DNA of 64,000 nucleotides from an uncultured Methylomirabilota bacterium (lineage in GTDB: Bacteria; Methylomirabilota; Methylomirabilia; Methylomirabilales; 2-02-FULL-66-22): NCBI GenBank assembly GCA_963845565.1, contig CAWJSJ010000001.1, forward strand, positions 512,001 to 576,000. The letters are read 5' to 3'. The notes below the pieces were generated by a model. It was not told the origin of the DNA, did not search any database, and saw nothing but the letters and a program-made list of their open reading frames with translations. A program made the position numbers and the translations under genes. Positions 59,743 through 64,000 of the stretch are shown here, one piece after another. Every line of letters starts with the position of its first letter. Within the stretch, counting starts at the first letter, position 1.

Positions 59743-60324
59743 ATGCCGAGTGCCTTCGTCGCCATCGCGGTTGCAGGTTATGGTTTAATTTTCGCGCTTT
59801 TTGGTTACCCGATTTTCCGGGTTTTGTTGCCCATTTACGGAGGAATCGTTGGTTATGCTGTGGGGAGAGCCAGTATCGGTCCTGACTACCCGGTGGGGGC
59901 CTTTCTGCTTGCTGTCGCGCTTGCGATCGTGTTTGCAAGCATAGCCTACTTTTACTGGAGCGTCATGATCGGTCTGGCGGGAGCGCTACTCGGCTATGGT
60001 TTGGTCGCCGGGTCGGCGATCTTTTTCTATCCGACCGCACCCGGCATATCGTTGCTGATCGGCCTGGCAGGTGCCCTGATTGGTTTTCTCATTTTTCTGG
60101 CGGCCAAGGATCTCATGGTGATGGTGGCAAGCGCGCTCAACGGCGCCATGATCGTGGGAGGGGCAACCTATTCTTGGCTGGATCCCGTCTCAATGAGGGA
60201 CTATATCACCCTCGCGGTTTTTACCGCCGTGGCCGTTATCGGCGTTGTGGTTCAGTTCCGGCTTTTCGGGAAGGAACGAAAGTACTCCGCTGGAGAATAC
60301 CGCAAGACTCCCTCGCGACCTTAA
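59743..60324 (+). CDS. DUF4203 (TM7S3/TM198-like) membrane protein
   Basis: GAGGAG RBS; FGYPIFRVLLPI.G...GY, G...GY, SAL.GA, G..VQ. Confidence 0.78.
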   Translation: MPSAFVAIAVAGYGLIFALFGYPIFRVLLPIYGGIVGYAVGRASIGPDYPVGAFLLAVALAIVFASIAYFYWSVMIGLAGALLGYGLVAGSAIFFYPTAPGISLLIGLAGALIGFLIFLAAKDLMVMVASALNGAMIVGGATYSWLDPVSMRDYITLAVFTAVAVIGVVVQFRLFGKERKYSAGEYRKTPSRP

Positions 60325-60356
60325 GCTGAGACCTCGCAACCTCGAATTCACTCAGG

Positions 60357-60397
60357 AGCCCGGATTATTCACGAAGGATTCGTGAAGAATCCGGGCT
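60357..60397. repeat. 19-bp-arm palindrome between convergent genes (REP-like element or bidirectional terminator)
   Basis: AGCCCGGATTATTCACGAA-GGA-TTCGTGAAGAATCCGGGCT, one mismatch. Confidence 0.7.
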
Positions 60398-60485
60398 TAC
60401 CTGACGAGCAGCCATTCTCGCTTGCAACGGGAAATTACGTGGTGGCGGGTGGATCGGGTTCCCATCCGTCAGGATGGGTGCGGTG

Positions 60486-61797
60486 TCACCATTCCCGGAT
60501 CAGCGCTTGGGACGGCGACGGACGTACGACCCGACGCGGCCGATCTGGAGCTGCCAGGCCGCCGAACATCTCGGTCAGCCACTTGTACAGCGCCGCGCCC
60601 ATCAGGGTGCCCAGCGCGATCGACACGAGTGCGAACACGGCGGCGATCAGGCCCTCCACCCCGGCAGCATGGTCGCTCAGCATGTACTTCACGCTCAGCA
60701 GTCCCAGCGCGCCGGGCACGAGGAGCCAGAAACTCGGCAGGAACGTCACCATGGCCGGCGGCCCCTTGAAACGCAGCTGGATCAGGTAGCCGAGCGGTGT
60801 CGCGACGAGCATCCCGAAGAATCCGCTGATCTCTTTGCCGAAGAAGACGGCCGCCACCCGCTGCGTCGCGAAGGTGAGGAGTAGCACGAGGAGCATCCAC
60901 CATAAGGAGTTCCGGGGCGCGGAGAAATGGAGATGGACACCCATCCCGAACACCACCACGCCCACCCATGGCGCCCAGGCCACCGTGTCAAGTTCCCCGG
61001 CCGCTTCGATCAGGGTGTCGGGGCTGATCCCGACGAGCACGGCGCCCGCCGCGAGGCCGAATGCCAGCAGGACGAGTTGGACGAAGCCGGTGATGAGCCG
61101 GCTCGATCCGCTCACCATGTCGCCGTACACCAGCTCCACCATCCCGAGGGTCAGCATGCCGCCGGGCAGGAACGACACCAGCGGCGGCACCAATGCATGC
61201 AGCGGATCGGCCGGCAGGCCGTGCTTTGACGGCGAGGAAGACGAGCACGGACACCACCCCCGCCGCGACCACGGGCAACGGCACGGCGAGCACGGGTTGG
61301 TTCCGGTTGAGCGCCTTCAGCGCGCCCACGATCGCGCCGAGCAATGCCGCGACGGCGACGTAGGTGAGCGACGGCACCAGCACCATCGACACGCCGACCG
61401 ACAGGATCGTGTGCCCCACGACGATGCCGGCAACGCCAAATCGCGCGGGCTTTCGCAGGATTTCGGCGAGCCGCTCCAGTCCGTCGTGCGGCGCCACCGC
61501 CCCGCACTGAGCGGCCTCCCCCAGCTCGTAAACGTCGGCGATCTGATCCAGGCGCAGCGTTTGCCCTGGCCCCTCGGCCAGGGTCACGCGTTCTTCCCCG
61601 GGGTCCTGCAGGCTGATGAAGATCGCGGTGGGGAACGTCACGACCCGCGATCGTCGCACGCCGTACGCCGACGCCATGCGGCGCAGGATGAGTTCCACCT
61701 TCGCCGTCTGCTCGCCGCAGGCGAGGAACGCCTGCCCGAGGCGGAACATGAATTCGAGCAGGGCGCCGGTGTCGACCTGCGGGGACTCGTTCTCCAT
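60486..61797 (-). CDS. ThrE-family threonine/serine exporter, frameshift(s) near 61200-61230
   Basis: LG.A.LA.G.....VE, FPT.I, LDQIA.V; LPG..LT....EL..G..VSGSSRL; LLVPG. Confidence 0.82.
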
Positions 61798-61798
61798 T

Positions 61799-61915
61799 TC
61801 ATCCTGGTCCAGGTGGAAGCCCCAGCACCTCCCAGGCGAGGAACAAGAGCGCCCAGGCGATGACGGTCGCCGCCGTGCAAGGCAGCATCATCCCCACGAT
61901 CGTCCCTCGATCCCT
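61799..61915 (-). pseudogene. C-terminal remnant of an AbgT-family transporter
   Basis: GTIVGMMLPCT....IAW.LLF.AW..LGLP.GPG-stop resembles the AbgT C-terminus. Confidence 0.55.
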
Positions 61916-61935
61916 CCTCCGAAATGCCAGGCGAA

Positions 61936-64000
61936 TCACGCGGGCCGTGTCCCCTGCGAGGCGGGGGTCGCGCCGTCCCCTGCATGAATCCCAAAGAAGA
62001 TCGCGTACAGCACCGGCGTCACGATCAGCGACAGGACGGCGGCGAACGACAGGCCGAACATGATGCACACGGCCATCGCCCCGAAGAACGGGTCCTTCAG
62101 CAGCGGGATCATCCCGAGCACGGTCGTGAGCACGACCATGCACACCGGCCGCATCTTGCTGACGCCCGCCGTCGAGGATCGCCTGATAGGGCGTCTTCCC
62201 CTTCTCGATCTCGGTGAGGATCTTGCTCAGCACGACGATCTGGTTCTTGATCAGCTCGCCGCCCAGGCGAGCACGCCCAGCAGGGCCATGAAGCCGAACG
62301 GCATGCCGGTGAGCAGCAGCCCCGCGGTCACGCCGATGATCGCCAGCGGCATGATCAGCCAGATCAGCAGCGTGGTGCGGATCGAGTTGAACAGGCACAC
62401 GACGATGAACACCATGAGCGCCAGCACGTAGGGCAGCGGCCTGGCCAGGGCGGCGCGGGCGTCGGCCGGAGTCTTCGTACTCGCCGCCCCATGCGAGCGA
62501 GTAGCCCGGCGGCAGCTCGATCTGCTCGATCTTCGACCGCACGCGGTTGAACAACTGGCTCGGCAGGCCGGACCGCGGATCGGCATGGACGGTGAGGGTC
62601 GGGAAGCGATCGCGGCGCATCACGACCGGGTCTTCCCAGACGACCTCGGCGCCGGACGTGACCTGACTCAGGGGGATCATCCGCCCGGCGACCGGGCTCC
62701 AGATCTGCAGGCTGTTGATCGCCGCGACATCGCTGCGCTCGGCCAGGGGCGGACGGGCGACGATCGGCAGCAGCCGCGTCTCCTGCGGGTAGACACCCGT
62801 GCCGGCGCTCGCCCGGCTCGCGGTAGAAGCCGACCACGCGCCCTTCGAAGCTGGTCTGCCAGGGCCTGGGCCACCTCGACGCGCGTGATGCCGTTGCGGC
62901 GCGCCTGGAGATTCGAGCAGCTCGGGGCGGATGACCTTTTCGCGCTCGCGCCAGTCGCTGCGCACGCACGACGCGTCCCGCCGTCGTCTCTCGAGAATCG
63001 TCACCGCCTGATCGCCGAGTTCGCGCAGTTTCGCCGGATCGGGACCCGGAACCGCGCCTGAATGCGCCCACCCTCGCCGGGGCCCAGCAGAAACTTCTTG
63101 GCGACGGCGTTGGCATTCGGGTACTTCTCGTCCAGATGCTTCTGGATGTCGGCAATCAACCCATCGATCTTCTTCCAGTCATCGACGTCGACCAGGAACT
63201 GCACGAAGGCGCGGTTCTCCCGCTCCGGACTGTAGACGAGCAGGAAGCGCAGGCCGCCGCCGCCGATGAACGACGTGACGTGCGTGACGCCGGGCTGCGC
63301 CTGGATGTATCGCTGGACGTCGCCGGCGAACGCCTCGGTCTCGCGGATGTGCGTGCCGGCCGGCAGAAACACGTCGACCATGAACTGCGGCCGCGTCGCG
63401 GGCGGGAAGAAGCTCTGGTCGACCTTCGTGAAGCCGTACAGCGACAGCGACGAACGACACGATCGACAAGCGCCACCACCGCCCAGCGGAAGCGAAGCGC
63501 CAGCACCAGCAAGCTGCCGGTAGATCCGAAACGGGAGGCCGCCGTACGGATCGCTGCTTGCGCAGATGCCCCGCCGGCCTTGCGGCTTGAAAGAACAGAT
63601 AGCTCAAGCAGCGGCGTGACCGTGACCGACGACACCCAGCTCAGGCTCAGGGAAATCAGGATGACCCAGAACAGCGAGTTGCAGTATTCGCCGGTGCTGT
63701 CTTCCGACAGGCCGATCGCGGCGAAGGCGATGACGCCGATGGCCGTCGCCCCGAAGAGCGGCCACTGGTTCTGGGCGACCACCTCGCGGACCACCTCGAG
63801 CTTGTCCTCGCCGGCCTCGATCCCGACCTTGATCCCCTCGATGACGATGATCGCGTTGTCGGTGAGCATGCACAGCGCGATGATCAGCGCACCCAGCGAG
63901 ATGCGCTCCATCAGGAGGTCGCCCTTCATGTACATGACGAGGAAGGTCGCCATGATCGTGAGGAACAGCACGACGCCGATGATGAGCCCGGTCTTGCGGC
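61936..64000 (-). CDS. AcrB/AcrD/AcrF-family RND permease (5' end outside window; several frameshifts)
   Basis: ISLGALIIAL.ML.DNAI, PL.GAT, FFP, GEYE, PLA.IG, RMRPV..V.LTT.LG..PL, GL.FA..L.L..TP.LY spread over different frames. Confidence 0.85.

Overview
GC-rich bacterial chromosomal window; lineage cannot be fixed from the sequence alone (gene content suggests Methylomirabilota/NC10 or a delta-proteobacteria-like group, inference only). The backbone is housekeeping: lysC 3' end, comEA, scpAB, rluB, pheA-hisC-tyrA, hflX, pgsA-like, DUF512, thiI, argS, lpdA, lipA, alaC-like, purF, valS, birA, coaX. The strongest candidate for an undescribed system is a five-gene operon at 19155-23298. It encodes a group-4-type [NiFe]-hydrogenase module with no membrane subunits, wrapped around a methanogen-like HdrB. 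Its NuoC-like subunit carries a tail that resembles the C-terminal arm of HdrC, suggesting a compact soluble, flavin-free H2:disulfide oxidoreductase. hypFCDE lies about 20 kb downstream. Directly upstream are a Cys1-less, Fe-S-less PurF paralogue and an atypical IMPase/FBPase. The window also holds Myxococcus-type RomX and cheW-cheW-romR-valS polarity genes, two dispersed MITE-like repeat families that sit on stop codons, two candidate structured RNA leaders, and relics of a vapBC pair, a Y1 (RAYT/IS200-like) transposase and abgT. Frameshifts increase toward the right end and probably reflect consensus errors. No rRNA, tRNA or CRISPR array was seen. All family assignments are from motif recognition, not database searches.
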